64,000 nucleotides of DNA from positions 3,200,001-3,264,000 of the forward strand of contig CBDBGH010000003.1 of the NCBI GenBank assembly GCA_965205265.1, read 5' to 3'. The position numbers were made by a program, and so were the translations under genes. Shown piece by piece: positions 33,805-43,525 of the stretch. Position 1 is the first letter of the stretch. Each line of letters begins with the position of its first letter. A model generated the notes under the pieces. It was given only the letters and a program-made list of their open reading frames with translations. It ran no database searches and was not told where the DNA came from. This DNA comes from Alphaproteobacteria bacterium. Lineage in GTDB: Bacteria; Pseudomonadota; Alphaproteobacteria; Bin95.

Positions 33805-34499
33805 GCGCGGAGCGTCCGCATATCCTTGTCGTTGAGGACGAGGCGCCCATCGTCGAACTGCTGCGCTACAACCTCGAGGCGTCCGGCTATTCGGTGTCGG
33901 TGGCGACGGACGGCGACGAAGCCCTGGAGCGGGTGGCCGAAGACCGGCCGGACGCCGTGTTGCTGGACTGGATGCTGCCCCGCAAGTCGGGACTCGAGGT
34001 CTGCCGGCAGCTGCGCGCGAAGGCGGGAACGCGGATGCTGCCGATCATCCTGCTGACGGCGCGCGGCGAGGAGGCCGACCGGGTGCATGGCCTCGACACC
34101 GGCGCCGACGACTATATCGTCAAGCCGTTCTCGCCGAAGGAGCTGGAGGCGCGCCTCAAGGCGGTGCTGCGCCGGGCGCATCCCGCACTGGTGGAGGAGA
34201 GGCTCGAATATCGGGGCATCGTCATCGACCTCATGCGCCATCGCGTGTCCCGCAACGGGCGCAAGGTGCATCTCGGACCCAGGGAATACCGCCTGCTGCG
34301 CACCTTCATGGAACGGCCGACGCGGGTGCTGACGCGCGGCCAACTGCTCGACATGGTGTGGGGCCGGGACGTCTATGTCGAGGAGCGCACGGTGGATGTC
34401 CACATCCGTCGGCTGCGCAAGGCGCTGAACGGCGAAGGCGAGCCCGACGCGATCCGCACCGTGCGCTCCGGCGGCTACGCGCTCGACCTCGACCGCTGA
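33801..34499 (+). CDS. phoB: Phosphate regulon response regulator
   Basis: LDWMLP, GADDYIVKPFS, RTVDVHIRRLRK. Confidence 0.96.
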   Translation: MSAERPHILVVEDEAPIVELLRYNLEASGYSVSVATDGDEALERVAEDRPDAVLLDWMLPRKSGLEVCRQLRAKAGTRMLPIILLTARGEEADRVHGLDTGADDYIVKPFSPKELEARLKAVLRRAHPALVEERLEYRGIVIDLMRHRVSRNGRKVHLGPREYRLLRTFMERPTRVLTRGQLLDMVWGRDVYVEERTVDVHIRRLRKALNGEGEPDAIRTVRSGGYALDLDR

Positions 34500-34574
34500 T
34501 CCGGTTCGCCGCCATCATGGCGGGGCGCCGGAGCCCCGCGCTATAGTGGCGGACCGCCGGAGGAGCGCCTTCGT

Positions 34575-35276
34575 ATGATCGACGCCTATTACTGGCCGAC
34601 CCCGAACGGCTGGAAGATTTCCATCGCGCTTGAGGAGATGGAGCTGGACTACCGCATCGTGCCGGTGAATATCGGCCGCGGCGGCCAGTTCGAACCGGAT
34701 TTCCTGAAGATCAGCCCCAACAACCGCATGCCCGCCATCGTGGACCACGACCCGCCGGGCGGCGGCGCGCCGGTCTCCGTGTTCGAGAGCGGGGCGATCC
34801 TGCTCTACCTGGCGGAGAAGACGGGCCGGTTCCTGCCGACCGGCCTGCGCGGCCGCATGGAGGTGATCGAGTGGGTGATGTGGCAGATGGGCGGCCTCGG
34901 GCCGATGCTGGGGCAGTCCGGCCATTTCCGCTTCTACGCGCCCGAGACCATCCCCTATGCGGTCGAGCGCTACACCAACGAGATGCTGCGGCTCTACGGC
35001 GTGCTGGACCGGCGGCTGGAGGGGCGGGAGTTCATCGCCGGCGACTATTCCATCGCCGACATGGCCTGCTGGCCCTGGGTCATCACCTACAAGCGCCAGG
35101 AGGTCGATCTCGACAGCTTCCCGAATGTTAAGCGCTGGTACAAGGGCCTCCAGCAGCGCCCGGCGCTCCGGCGCGGCTATGAGGTCGGGCGCGAGTTCGG
35201 CAGGCCGACCGGCCAGTGGGACGAAGAGGCCCGCAAGCATCTCTACGCCCATCCCAATCCCGGAGCGGCGCAATGA
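34575..35276 (+). CDS. Glutathione S-transferase (YfcG-like)
   Basis: TPNG motif, PNNRMPAI, FESGAIL, YSIADMA. Confidence 0.9.
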   Translation: MIDAYYWPTPNGWKISIALEEMELDYRIVPVNIGRGGQFEPDFLKISPNNRMPAIVDHDPPGGGAPVSVFESGAILLYLAEKTGRFLPTGLRGRMEVIEWVMWQMGGLGPMLGQSGHFRFYAPETIPYAVERYTNEMLRLYGVLDRRLEGREFIAGDYSIADMACWPWVITYKRQEVDLDSFPNVKRWYKGLQQRPALRRGYEVGREFGRPTGQWDEEARKHLYAHPNPGAAQ

Positions 35277-35740
35277 TCGAGATCAACGGCATGGCGCATG
35301 TCATCCTGACCGTGAGCCGGTTCGAGGAGGCGCGCGAATTCTACTGCGGGCTCCTGCCCTTCCTCGGCCTGCAGAAGGTCTATGACGGCAACAACTTCGT
35401 CTATCACGTAGGCGGGCGCACCGCGCTCGGCATCCAGCGCCCGGCGCCGGAATATGAGGGCGAACGCTTCGAGCAGAACCGGGTCGGGCTCCACCATCTC
35501 TGCTTCCGGGCGCGCTCGCGCGAGGATGTGGACGAGGCGGCGGCGAGGGTCCGCGAGCTCGGCGGGAAGATCGACCGCGGCCCTCTGGAGGGCGATTTCG
35601 CGCCCGGCTATTACTATTTCGTCTTCGAGGACCCGGACGGTATCCGGCTGGAAATCAACTATGTCCCCGGCAAGGGCCTGCTCGCCACGGAGACGCCCAT
35701 GTCCCCGAGCGACGACCCCGACTGGGACCAGAACCCGTAA
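35273..35740 (+). CDS. VOC/glyoxalase family protein
   Basis: HVILTV, GLHHLCF, FEDPDGIRLE. Confidence 0.9.
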   Translation: MIEINGMAHVILTVSRFEEAREFYCGLLPFLGLQKVYDGNNFVYHVGGRTALGIQRPAPEYEGERFEQNRVGLHHLCFRARSREDVDEAAARVRELGGKIDRGPLEGDFAPGYYYFVFEDPDGIRLEINYVPGKGLLATETPMSPSDDPDWDQNP

Positions 35741-35782
35741 GGCGAAACCGCCTTGCCGGCAACCGGACAGGGATATCGAACC

Positions 35783-36547
35783 ATGCGTTTCTGGATCGTT
35801 TCGGCCTTTGCGCTCCTGTTTGCCACCGGGGCGGCGGCGGCTCCGCCGGTCGAGTGGACCTCGGAGGAAAGCGCGGCGCGCTTCGCAAGTTCGTCGCACA
35901 AGGCGGACTTCTTCCCCCTCAGCAACCACTTCGTCAGCCAGGACAACAGGATCTATTGCGGCCCGGCCTCGTCGGCGATCGTGCTGAACGCGCTCCGGCT
36001 GGGCAAGCGCGAGGGGCTGCCGCAGGACCGCCGCCCCATTGCCGCCGAGGACATGGCATGGCTGCCCGACGGCTTCGACCCGTTCCTCGGCAAATACACG
36101 CCGAACAACGTGCTGATCGCGGGCACGAAGAGCGTGGTCGAGGTTCTCGGCAAGCCCATCGAAATCGAGGGGGAGTGGAAGAAGGATTTCGGCCTGCAAC
36201 TGCATCAGCTCGCGCAGGTGCTCCGCGCGCACGGGCTCACCGTGACGATACGGGTCGTGGACGACGGCGCGGCGGCGGCGCCGCTCGTCGAAGAACTTGC
36301 CCGGAACCTCGCAACCCGCGACGACTATGTGCTCGTCAACTACGCCCGCAAGGCGCTCGGCCAGACGGGCGGCGGGCACATCTCGCCGCTCGCCGCCTAT
36401 GACCGCGCCAGCGATTCCTTCCTCATCATGGATGTGAACCCGAACCGGGCGCCCTGGGTCTGGGTCGGCGCGGCCGACCTTATCGCCGCCATGCGCACCT
36501 TCGACACCGTCGAGAACCGGGGCTACCTGCTCATATCCGATCCCTGA
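35783..36547 (+). CDS. Phytochelatin synthase family protein, exported
   Basis: Signal peptide; Q...YCG (Cys), GGHISPL (His), IMDV (Asp) papain-like triad. Confidence 0.88.
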   Translation: MRFWIVSAFALLFATGAAAAPPVEWTSEESAARFASSSHKADFFPLSNHFVSQDNRIYCGPASSAIVLNALRLGKREGLPQDRRPIAAEDMAWLPDGFDPFLGKYTPNNVLIAGTKSVVEVLGKPIEIEGEWKKDFGLQLHQLAQVLRAHGLTVTIRVVDDGAAAAPLVEELARNLATRDDYVLVNYARKALGQTGGGHISPLAAYDRASDSFLIMDVNPNRAPWVWVGAADLIAAMRTFDTVENRGYLLISDP

Positions 36548-36560
36548 CGCGCGCAGTCCC

Positions 36561-37013
36561 TTACCCGGGCAGCGAGTCGAGGAAGCCCTGGAGGATATAG
36601 ACTGCCGCCAGCGTGTCCTTGGCGGCGCGGCGGCGGCGGCGGGTTGCGTCGTCGGCCAGCATGGCGCGCTCGACCGCGTTGGTGGAGAAGCGCTCGTCCC
36701 ACATCAGCGCCGGCAGGTCGCGGTGCGCCATCAGGTTCACCGCGAACTGGCGCACCTGCCGGGCGCGCCTGCCTTCGCGGCCGTCGAGGTCGAGCGGCAA
36801 CCCGACCACCAGCGCCGCGGCGCCGCGCTCGTCGAGCGCCGCCAGCAGCATCGCCGCCGTGTCCGCAAACCGCTTCGCGCGGCGCACGGTCCCCGCCGGG
36901 GAGGCCACGCGCCGGTCCGGGTCCGAGACCGCAAGCCCGACCGTCCGGTCCCCCACATCCAGCGCCAGCAGCCGCCCGGCAGCCGGCAGGTCCTCAGCTT
37001 CGACGAAGGGCAT
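36561..37013 (-). CDS. ruvX: RuvX/YqgF pre-16S rRNA nuclease
   Basis: LALDVG..VGLAVSD, VVGLP, WDERFST, AAVYILQ. Confidence 0.93.
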   Translation of the reverse strand: MPFVEAEDLPAAGRLLALDVGDRTVGLAVSDPDRRVASPAGTVRRAKRFADTAAMLLAALDERGAAALVVGLPLDLDGREGRRARQVRQFAVNLMAHRDLPALMWDERFSTNAVERAMLADDATRRRRRAAKDTLAAVYILQGFLDSLPG

Positions 37014-37088
37014 GGGCCGTGCCGTTCCCCTTCCCTTACTTCCGGCCGTCGTGGCGACGCCGGTTTCCGACGGGGCTTGCCAGACCGG

Positions 37089-37352
37089 TCAGGGGATCAG
37101 TTTGACGGCGGCGAGCAGGACGGCATTGGCGGCGATCACAATGCCGACGAGCCGCCAGCCGAGAGAGGACATGCGCTCCATCAGGTCCGTCTTGAGAACG
37201 GCGAGCGCGGCTTCCAGTTCCGGGCGCGTAACCGGATCGCCGGCGTCGGAGGCGATCCTGAGCTGGGCGGCGAGAACCTTGGCGGCTTTGCGGTCGATGC
37301 CGGCGTTCTCGATCGCCTCTGCGGCGGCGAGCGTGTCGAACTGTGCGGCCAT
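37089..37352 (-). CDS. DUF1640-like small coiled-coil membrane protein
   Basis: FDTL..A..I..AG...A N-terminus, VT+.EL coiled coil, C-terminal hydrophobic helix. Confidence 0.65.
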   Translation of the reverse strand: MAAQFDTLAAAEAIENAGIDRKAAKVLAAQLRIASDAGDPVTRPELEAALAVLKTDLMERMSSLGWRLVGIVIAANAVLLAAVKLIP

Positions 37353-37427
37353 GAAGGTATCCTGTCCTGTGGGATGAGTCGGTGTCAAGCTGCCGGCAGG
37401 TCCTCAGCTTCGACGAAGGGCATCGCT

Positions 37428-37724
37428 TCAGTTCGCAACGCCCTTGCTGGCATGGAGCCGGTCTCGCAACTCATGGCAGTCAACGATGACGCGCTTGCAG
37501 CGATAAAGGAGACGATGCTCTTGTTGATCGGAGTAACCCGTCGGTCTTCCGTCTTTCTTTCTCACTACCCAAGATGCTTGCGGTCGAATGTTTCCTAGAT
37601 ACTTACCAACGCTCTGTGCTGGGACGCCGATCACACCACCGACTGCACCATATGTTGCCCGAATGCAGTTGGCGTTCAGGTAGCAAAGAACTTCGTCGGC
37701 CGTGCACTGTTTATCGGAAGACAT
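37428..37724 (-). CDS. Low-GC hypothetical protein, weak MGMT/ATL DNA-binding resemblance
   Basis: ATYGAVGGVIG.PAQSVG...WVV.K.DG; its ATG overlaps the TGA of the duplicated monooxygenase end. Confidence 0.55.
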   Translation of the reverse strand: MSSDKQCTADEVLCYLNANCIRATYGAVGGVIGVPAQSVGKYLGNIRPQASWVVRKKDGRPTGYSDQQEHRLLYRCKRVIVDCHELRDRLHASKGVAN

Positions 37725-37725
37725 C

Positions 37726-38179
37726 AATCCTCCTGTGCCAGCAATTCGCGCTGCGTCCTGCCTTTGTATTCGGTGCGGAAGCGGCCGCGGCGCTGGAGGA
37801 TGGGCACCACCCGGTCCACGAACTCCTCAATGGCGCCCGGGCTGTAGATCGAGGAGAGCATGAAGCCGTCGCCGCCGGCCCGGTCGAAAAACGCCTCCAT
37901 CTGGTCCGCGACGCTCTCCGGCGTGCCGACGAATTGCGGCAGGCTCACGCTCTGCCCGTGGCGGCGCGCGACCTCCGCCAGGGTCATCGGCGTGCCGTCC
38001 TTCTTGCGGAAGCGCGTGCGCATGCGCACCAGCTCCGGCTCCGGGCGCTCCAGCATGATGTCGTCGTCGCCGATCCCGGCGAGGTCCATGTTGAGATGGG
38101 CGGAGAGGATGGCCTTCCCCCCCTCGACCGGCACCAGCTCGTTGTGTTCCTCCTGCTTCTCGCGCGCATGCGCCTCGCT
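37726..38179. repeat. 454-bp target-site duplication of IS1634 (copy of 40096-40549)
   Basis: The same sequence occurs at an offset of 2370 bp on the other side of the IS; it carries the 3' third of the monooxygenase gene. Confidence 0.93.
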
Positions 38180-40095
38180 CCTGACTTCGACGGTTGGGCT
38201 GACTTCTGACCGATCTCGCGTCTGGAGTTTTCAGTAAAGCCAATGAGTTGGCAGTTGCGGTGCGGTCAAGCTGCGTTGTAGTGCCTAGTAAATCTTTGAG
38301 ACTGTCAATGCCTCCGCCACGCGCTACACTCCCCCCATGTTCGTGCGCATCAAGACCTCCCCCAACAGCCCGCGACGCTCGGTCCAGATCGTCGAGGCCG
38401 TGCGCGACGGCGGCAAGGTCCGACAGCGCATCGTCCGCCATGTCGGCGTGGCCATGGACGAGGACGAGCTCGAGCGCCTGAGGCAGCTCGGCGAGTACGT
38501 CAAGGCGAAGCTGGAGGACGAGCGTCAGCCGGCATTGTTTGCGCCCGAGAAGATCGCTGAGCAGGCGATCCGTGTCGGCCGCCGGGGGGACGGCAAGGAG
38601 GAACTCCCGGTCGACCTCAAGCAGCTTGAAGAGGAGCAGCGCCTGATCACAGGCATCCACGAGGTCTATGGCGAGATCTACCGGCTGCTGGGCCTCGACG
38701 CGCTGCTGCCGCGCTCGCGCTACCGGGCCTCCCATGACGCGCTGTTCCATGTGGTGATGGCGCGGGTAGCCAACCCCGACAGCAAGCGGGGCAGCGTGCG
38801 CCGGCTCGAGGAGGACTTCGGCGTGAGTCTTCCGCTCGAGAAGGTCTACCGGATGATGGATCAGCTCGACGCGACGGTGATCGAGCGACTGCGCACGCGC
38901 GTCGGCGAGGCGAGCCGGTCGCTGCTGCCGGAGCCGGTCGCGATCCTCTTCTTCGATTGCACCACGCTCTACTTCGAGACGGCCGCCGAGGACGAGCTTC
39001 GCCAGCACGGCTTCAGCAAGGACGGCAAACACAAGGACTCGCAGGTTCTGCTGGCGCTGATGGTGACGCGCGAAGGGCTGCCGATCAGCTACGAGGTCTT
39101 CCCCGGCGCCACCTACGAGGGACACAGCATGGTCCCGGTCCTGCAGGACATGCAGCGCCGCCACCAGGTGGAGCGCACGGTATGCGTGGCCGACCGGGGC
39201 ATGCTGAGCGCCGACAACCTCGACGCCATGGACGCCATCGGCGGCGAGTATGTCGTCGGCGCGCGGCTGCGCAAGCTGCCGCTCGCGCTGCTGGGGCAGG
39301 TTCTCGACCCCGGGACCTATGCCCCGCTGGAGGGCTCACAGGACCGCCGGGTCGGCGAGTGGGAGTACAAGGGCCGTCGCCTGATCGTCGTCTTCTGCCC
39401 CCAGCGCGCACGCAAGGACGCGCACGAGCGCCGCCATCAGGTGGAACGCCTGCTCGACAGGCTGGCCCGCAGCGACAATCCCAGGGAACTGCTCTCCAAT
39501 CACGGGGCGAAGCGCTTCATCGCCGTCGAGGGCGACGCACGGCTCACGGTGAACCCGGAGAAGATCGCCGAGGCCGCACGATGGGACGGGCTCACCGGCG
39601 TCATCACCAATCTGCGCGACGCGCGCGTCACCGAAGTGATGGCTCACTACCAGGGGCTCTGGCAGGTCGAGGAGAGCTTCCGGATCACCAAACACGACCT
39701 GAAGATACGTCCCATCTGGCACTGGAACCCGGACCGGATCCGCGCTCACATCGCCATCGCCTTCCTGGCCTTCGCCTGCGTTCGACACCTTGCGTACCGC
39801 GTCGCCATCCAGAAGCGGCGGATGTCCCCGGAGGTCATCCGCTCCGCCCTCGTCCACCGCCAGTGCTCCCTGCTGCGCTGTCGGCAATCGGGCAACCGCT
39901 ACGTCATCCCCTCGAAGCCGACACCGGCGGCGGAGCAGATTTACGCAACCATGGGGCTGCCCCTGACGATCACCCCGTATCAACTCGCCTGACCGTCGAC
40001 GAAGCACGGCTCGAAGAAATGCCGGATGTAGTGCCTAGCCGAAATGAGAACCAGGCAATATCAACTACTTATGCGAATCAACCGTCGAAGTCAGG
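38180..40095 (+). mobile_element. IS1634 family element, copy 1 (1916 bp)
   Basis: Inverted repeats CCTGACTTCGACGGTT / AACCGTCGAAGTCAGG. Confidence 0.93.
38337..39992 (+). CDS. IS1634 family transposase
   Basis: FFDCTTLYFE, GFSKDGK, VADRG, WQVEESFR..K..L.IRPIWH..RIRAH. Confidence 0.93.
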   Translation: MFVRIKTSPNSPRRSVQIVEAVRDGGKVRQRIVRHVGVAMDEDELERLRQLGEYVKAKLEDERQPALFAPEKIAEQAIRVGRRGDGKEELPVDLKQLEEEQRLITGIHEVYGEIYRLLGLDALLPRSRYRASHDALFHVVMARVANPDSKRGSVRRLEEDFGVSLPLEKVYRMMDQLDATVIERLRTRVGEASRSLLPEPVAILFFDCTTLYFETAAEDELRQHGFSKDGKHKDSQVLLALMVTREGLPISYEVFPGATYEGHSMVPVLQDMQRRHQVERTVCVADRGMLSADNLDAMDAIGGEYVVGARLRKLPLALLGQVLDPGTYAPLEGSQDRRVGEWEYKGRRLIVVFCPQRARKDAHERRHQVERLLDRLARSDNPRELLSNHGAKRFIAVEGDARLTVNPEKIAEAARWDGLTGVITNLRDARVTEVMAHYQGLWQVEESFRITKHDLKIRPIWHWNPDRIRAHIAIAFLAFACVRHLAYRVAIQKRRMSPEVIRSALVHRQCSLLRCRQSGNRYVIPSKPTPAAEQIYATMGLPLTITPYQLA

Positions 40096-41413
40096 AATCC
40101 TCCTGTGCCAGCAATTCGCGCTGCGTCCTGCCTTTGTATTCGGTGCGGAAGCGGCCGCGGCGCTGGAGGATGGGCACCACCCGGTCCACGAACTCCTCAA
40201 TGGCGCCCGGGCTGTAGATCGAGGAGAGCATGAAGCCGTCGCCGCCGGCCCGGTCGAAAAACGCCTCCATCTGGTCCGCGACGCTCTCCGGCGTGCCGAC
40301 GAATTGCGGCAGGCTCACGCTCTGCCCGTGGCGGCGCGCGACCTCCGCCAGGGTCATCGGCGTGCCGTCCTTCTTGCGGAAGCGCGTGCGCATGCGCACC
40401 AGCTCCGGCTCCGGGCGCTCCAGCATGATGTCGTCGTCGCCGATCCCGGCGAGGTCCATGTTGAGATGGGCGGAGAGGATGGCCTTCCCCCCCTCGACCG
40501 GCACCAGCTCGTTGTGTTCCTCCTGCTTCTCGCGCGCATGCGCCTCGCTCTCGCCCAGGATGGGCTGCATGCCGAACAGGATGCGGCAGGCCTCCGGCGG
40601 GCGGCCGAAGGACGCCATGCGCTCCTTGATGTCGGAAAGATAGGCGCCTGCGTCCTCGGCCCGCGGCTGGATGGCGAACACGGCGTCGGCGTAGCGCGCG
40701 GCGAAGTCGCGCCCGCCGGGCGAGGTGCCGGCCTGGAGGATCGCCGGGCCGTTCTGCGGCGAGCGCACCACGTTGAGCGGCCCGCGCGAGCGGAAGAACT
40801 CGCCCTCATGCTCGATCCGGCGCACCTTCGAGGCATCGGCGAAGCGCGCGCCCTCGCGGTCCAGCAGCACGGCGTCCTCGTCCCAGCTGTTCCAGAGCTT
40901 GCGGCAGACCTGCATGTATTCGTGCGCGCGCTCGTAGCGGCGCTCCGTCGCCTCGCGCTCGACGCCGTAATTGGCGGCCTGGTTGCTGTTGATGGAGGTC
41001 ACCACATTCCAGCCGGCGCGGCCGGAGGTCATGTGGTCGAGCGTCGCCCAGAGGCGCGCGGCGTAGAAGGGATGCTGGTTCGAGACCGAGAAAGTCGCCG
41101 CGAGCCCGATGCGCTCCGTCACCGCGCCGAGCCAGCCGAGCAGCGGCACCGGGTCGTGCTCGGGCGCCTGCACGGCGTAGCGCAGCGAGGGCTCCAGCGA
41201 GCCCTGGTAGGTGTCCGAGATGTAGTTGAGGTCGGCGAAGAACACCATGTCGAACAGGCCGCGCTCGCAGGTGCGCGCGATATGCTCGTAGAGGCCCGGC
41301 CGGGCCCAGTCCCAGGAGGGGTCGGTCTTCGGGTGCCGCCACATGGCGAGGCTGTGATAGGTCGGCCCGTGCGTCAGGAACTGGGCCAGGTGCATTTTCC
41401 CGCCGCGCGCCAC
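40091..41413 (-). CDS. NtaA/DmoA-family FMN-dependent monooxygenase (LLM class)
   Basis: WRHP, FDMVFFAD, TLDHMTSGRAGWNVVTS, QAGTS; the stop codon is supplied by the IS inverted repeat. Confidence 0.92.
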   Translation of the reverse strand: MARGGKMHLAQFLTHGPTYHSLAMWRHPKTDPSWDWARPGLYEHIARTCERGLFDMVFFADLNYISDTYQGSLEPSLRYAVQAPEHDPVPLLGWLGAVTERIGLAATFSVSNQHPFYAARLWATLDHMTSGRAGWNVVTSINSNQAANYGVEREATERRYERAHEYMQVCRKLWNSWDEDAVLLDREGARFADASKVRRIEHEGEFFRSRGPLNVVRSPQNGPAILQAGTSPGGRDFAARYADAVFAIQPRAEDAGAYLSDIKERMASFGRPPEACRILFGMQPILGESEAHAREKQEEHNELVPVEGGKAILSAHLNMDLAGIGDDDIMLERPEPELVRMRTRFRKKDGTPMTLAEVARRHGQSVSLPQFVGTPESVADQMEAFFDRAGGDGFMLSSIYSPGAIEEFVDRVVPILQRRGRFRTEYKGRTQRELLAQEDS

Positions 41414-41474
41414 CGGGCCCCCCTAGCCGTCCGCCAGCGGCGCAACCGCCGTCCGGCGTTCCGGCCCTCTTCCC

Positions 41475-41559
41475 GTCATGCCCGGACTTGTTCCGGGCAT
41501 CCACTTCCACCGCTGCGATGGCCCCCGAGGGAGATGCCCGGAACAAGTCCGGGCGTGAC
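41475..41559. repeat. REP doublet (REPIN-like), uninterrupted copy
   Basis: GTCATGCCCGGACTTGTTCCGGGCATCC ... GATGCCCGGAACAAGTCCGGGCGTGAC. Confidence 0.85.
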
Positions 41560-41606
41560 GGAGAAGGGAACGCGGCAACAACACACAAACCTCCCGTTCG
41601 GGGCTT

Positions 41607-42275
41607 CTAGCCGTCCGTCAGCGCGTCGCCGCCGAAGCGCTCGCGGGTCGCGATCTCGGCGACGCTCAGGCGGCGGAGCTTCGTCAACTGGCGCACCGGC
41701 CTGCCGAGCGGCACGACGGCCGCCACGGCGAATTCCTCCGGGATGCCGAGCAGGCGCTTCACCTCCGGCTCCTCCGCGACCGCAAGCGTGGTGATGGTGC
41801 CGCCGAGCCCCGCCTGCCGCGCCGCCAGCAGCGTGTTCCAGACGAAGGGGTAGATCGACGCGCCGGAAATGACGCCGACGCGGTCCAGATAGCGGTCCAT
41901 CGAGGCGACGGCGCCGAGATCGACGATGAACACCAGCACCACCGGCGCTTCCCGGAACGGCTCGGTGAGCCGCGAAGGCGGCCGGGTGGCGGCGGCCTCC
42001 TCGTCCGTCACTGCGGAGGGATGCACCGTGTTCCAGGGGCTCTCGCCGCGCTTGACCTGAGCCGCATAGCGTTTCGCGGCGGGGACGGCCAGTTCCGCCA
42101 GCCGGCCCTTCGTCTCCGGGTCGCGCACCACGATCACCCGGTTGCCCTGCCGGTTGCCGCCGCTCGGCGCGAAGCGGGCCGCTTCCAGCAGCCCGTATAT
42201 CGTCTCGTCCGACACCGGGTCTTCCGTGAAGTCCCGGCAGGCGAAGGTGGTCCGCATCGCCTCGTCGAGTTCCAT
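41607..42275 (-). CDS. Nitroreductase family protein
   Basis: R..FACRDF..PV, ARFAPSGGNRQ, NTLLAAR..GLGG. Confidence 0.88.
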   Translation of the reverse strand: MELDEAMRTTFACRDFTEDPVSDETIYGLLEAARFAPSGGNRQGNRVIVVRDPETKGRLAELAVPAAKRYAAQVKRGESPWNTVHPSAVTDEEAAATRPPSRLTEPFREAPVVLVFIVDLGAVASMDRYLDRVGVISGASIYPFVWNTLLAARQAGLGGTITTLAVAEEPEVKRLLGIPEEFAVAAVVPLGRPVRQLTKLRRLSVAEIATRERFGGDALTDG

Positions 42276-42496
42276 GGCCCTCCGTCTCCCCCGATTGCCT
42301 GACCCGAGCGGGACTCTCGCAGCATCCGCGCCCACCGGCAAGGGAGCGCCGGCCTCTCCGGGGGAGGACTTTCTTTCCGCGCGACCGTTTCCGTCTCCCC
42401 TCGCTCCCCAGCTGCCGCCCCCTTTTTCGTCGCCCCGGACGCCCGCGGGACGAACCGGGGCCTGTCCCCGCCGCTTCGACCCCGACGGACCGTGTT

Positions 42497-43501
42497 CTAG
42501 CCGCGGCTGCGCCCGCGCATTCTTTGCCTTGCGTCGCTGAGCAGCGCGCCGGCGCCCCAACCCGCCGGGCCGCTGCGCTCCAGCGCTTCCAGAATCCCGA
42601 TCAGGTTGTCGTCGCGGACCCGCTCCAGCTCGCGGATCGACAATCCGGCGGCCTGGCGGTCCGACTGCTCGGCGATGGCGTCGGTCAGGGCGCCGTCAAG
42701 CTCGGGAACGTCGGTCAGCTTCGTCCAGGGCAGGGCGAGGCACGGCCCGAACTGCTCCATGAAGTGGCGCATGCCGGCCTCGCCCCCGGCCAGCCGGTAG
42801 GTCTGGAACACGCCCATCTGCGCCCAGCGCAGGCCGAAGGAATAGCGCATGGCGTCGTCGATTTCCCCGACCGTCGCAACGCCGTCATGCGCCAGCCAGA
42901 GCGCCTCGCGCCAGAGTGCTTCCTGCAGGCGGTCGGCGATGAAGGCGTCGATCTCCTTGCGCAGCACGAGCGGCTTCATGCCAAGGCCCGCATAGACGGC
43001 GCATGCGCGTTCGACCGCTTCCGGCGCGGTCCGGCGCCCGGCGACGACCTCCACCAGCGGCAGCAGATAAACGGGGTTGAACGGATGGCCGACCAGCATC
43101 CGTTCCGGGTGCCGCATATCCTCCTGCATGGCGCTCGGCAGCAAGCCGGAGGTCGATGACGCGACGACGGCTCCGGCCGGGGCGGCCGCGTCGATTTCCG
43201 CAAGGACCCGGCGCTTCAAGTCGAGCCGCTCGGGTACGCTCTCCTGCACGAAGCCCGCGCCGTCAACGGCTTCCGCGACGCTCCGGGCGACCCGCAGCAG
43301 GCCGGGTTCCGGGCGCATGTCCCCGAACAGGCGGCTATAGGCGCGCTCGGCATTGGCCAGAACCGCCTTTGCGCGCAGGCCGGCCTCCGGGTCCGGGTCG
43401 CAGAGCGAAACGTCGATGCCGTTCAGCACGAAGCGGGCCGCCCAGCCGCTGCCGATGACGCCGCCGCCGACGCAGGCCGCGCGCTGGACGCCGTCCGTCA
43501 T
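42497..43501 (-). CDS. L-carnitine dehydrogenase-like 3-hydroxyacyl dehydrogenase
   Basis: GGGVIGSGW, QESVPE, SSTSG, GHPFNPVYLLPLVE, LAGGEAGMRHF..QFGP; adjacent to a BKACE gene. Confidence 0.85.
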   Translation of the reverse strand: MTDGVQRAACVGGGVIGSGWAARFVLNGIDVSLCDPDPEAGLRAKAVLANAERAYSRLFGDMRPEPGLLRVARSVAEAVDGAGFVQESVPERLDLKRRVLAEIDAAAPAGAVVASSTSGLLPSAMQEDMRHPERMLVGHPFNPVYLLPLVEVVAGRRTAPEAVERACAVYAGLGMKPLVLRKEIDAFIADRLQEALWREALWLAHDGVATVGEIDDAMRYSFGLRWAQMGVFQTYRLAGGEAGMRHFMEQFGPCLALPWTKLTDVPELDGALTDAIAEQSDRQAAGLSIRELERVRDDNLIGILEALERSGPAGWGAGALLSDARQRMRGRSRG

Positions 43502-43525
43502 GCTGCGCGCCCGGCTGCGCCTTGC

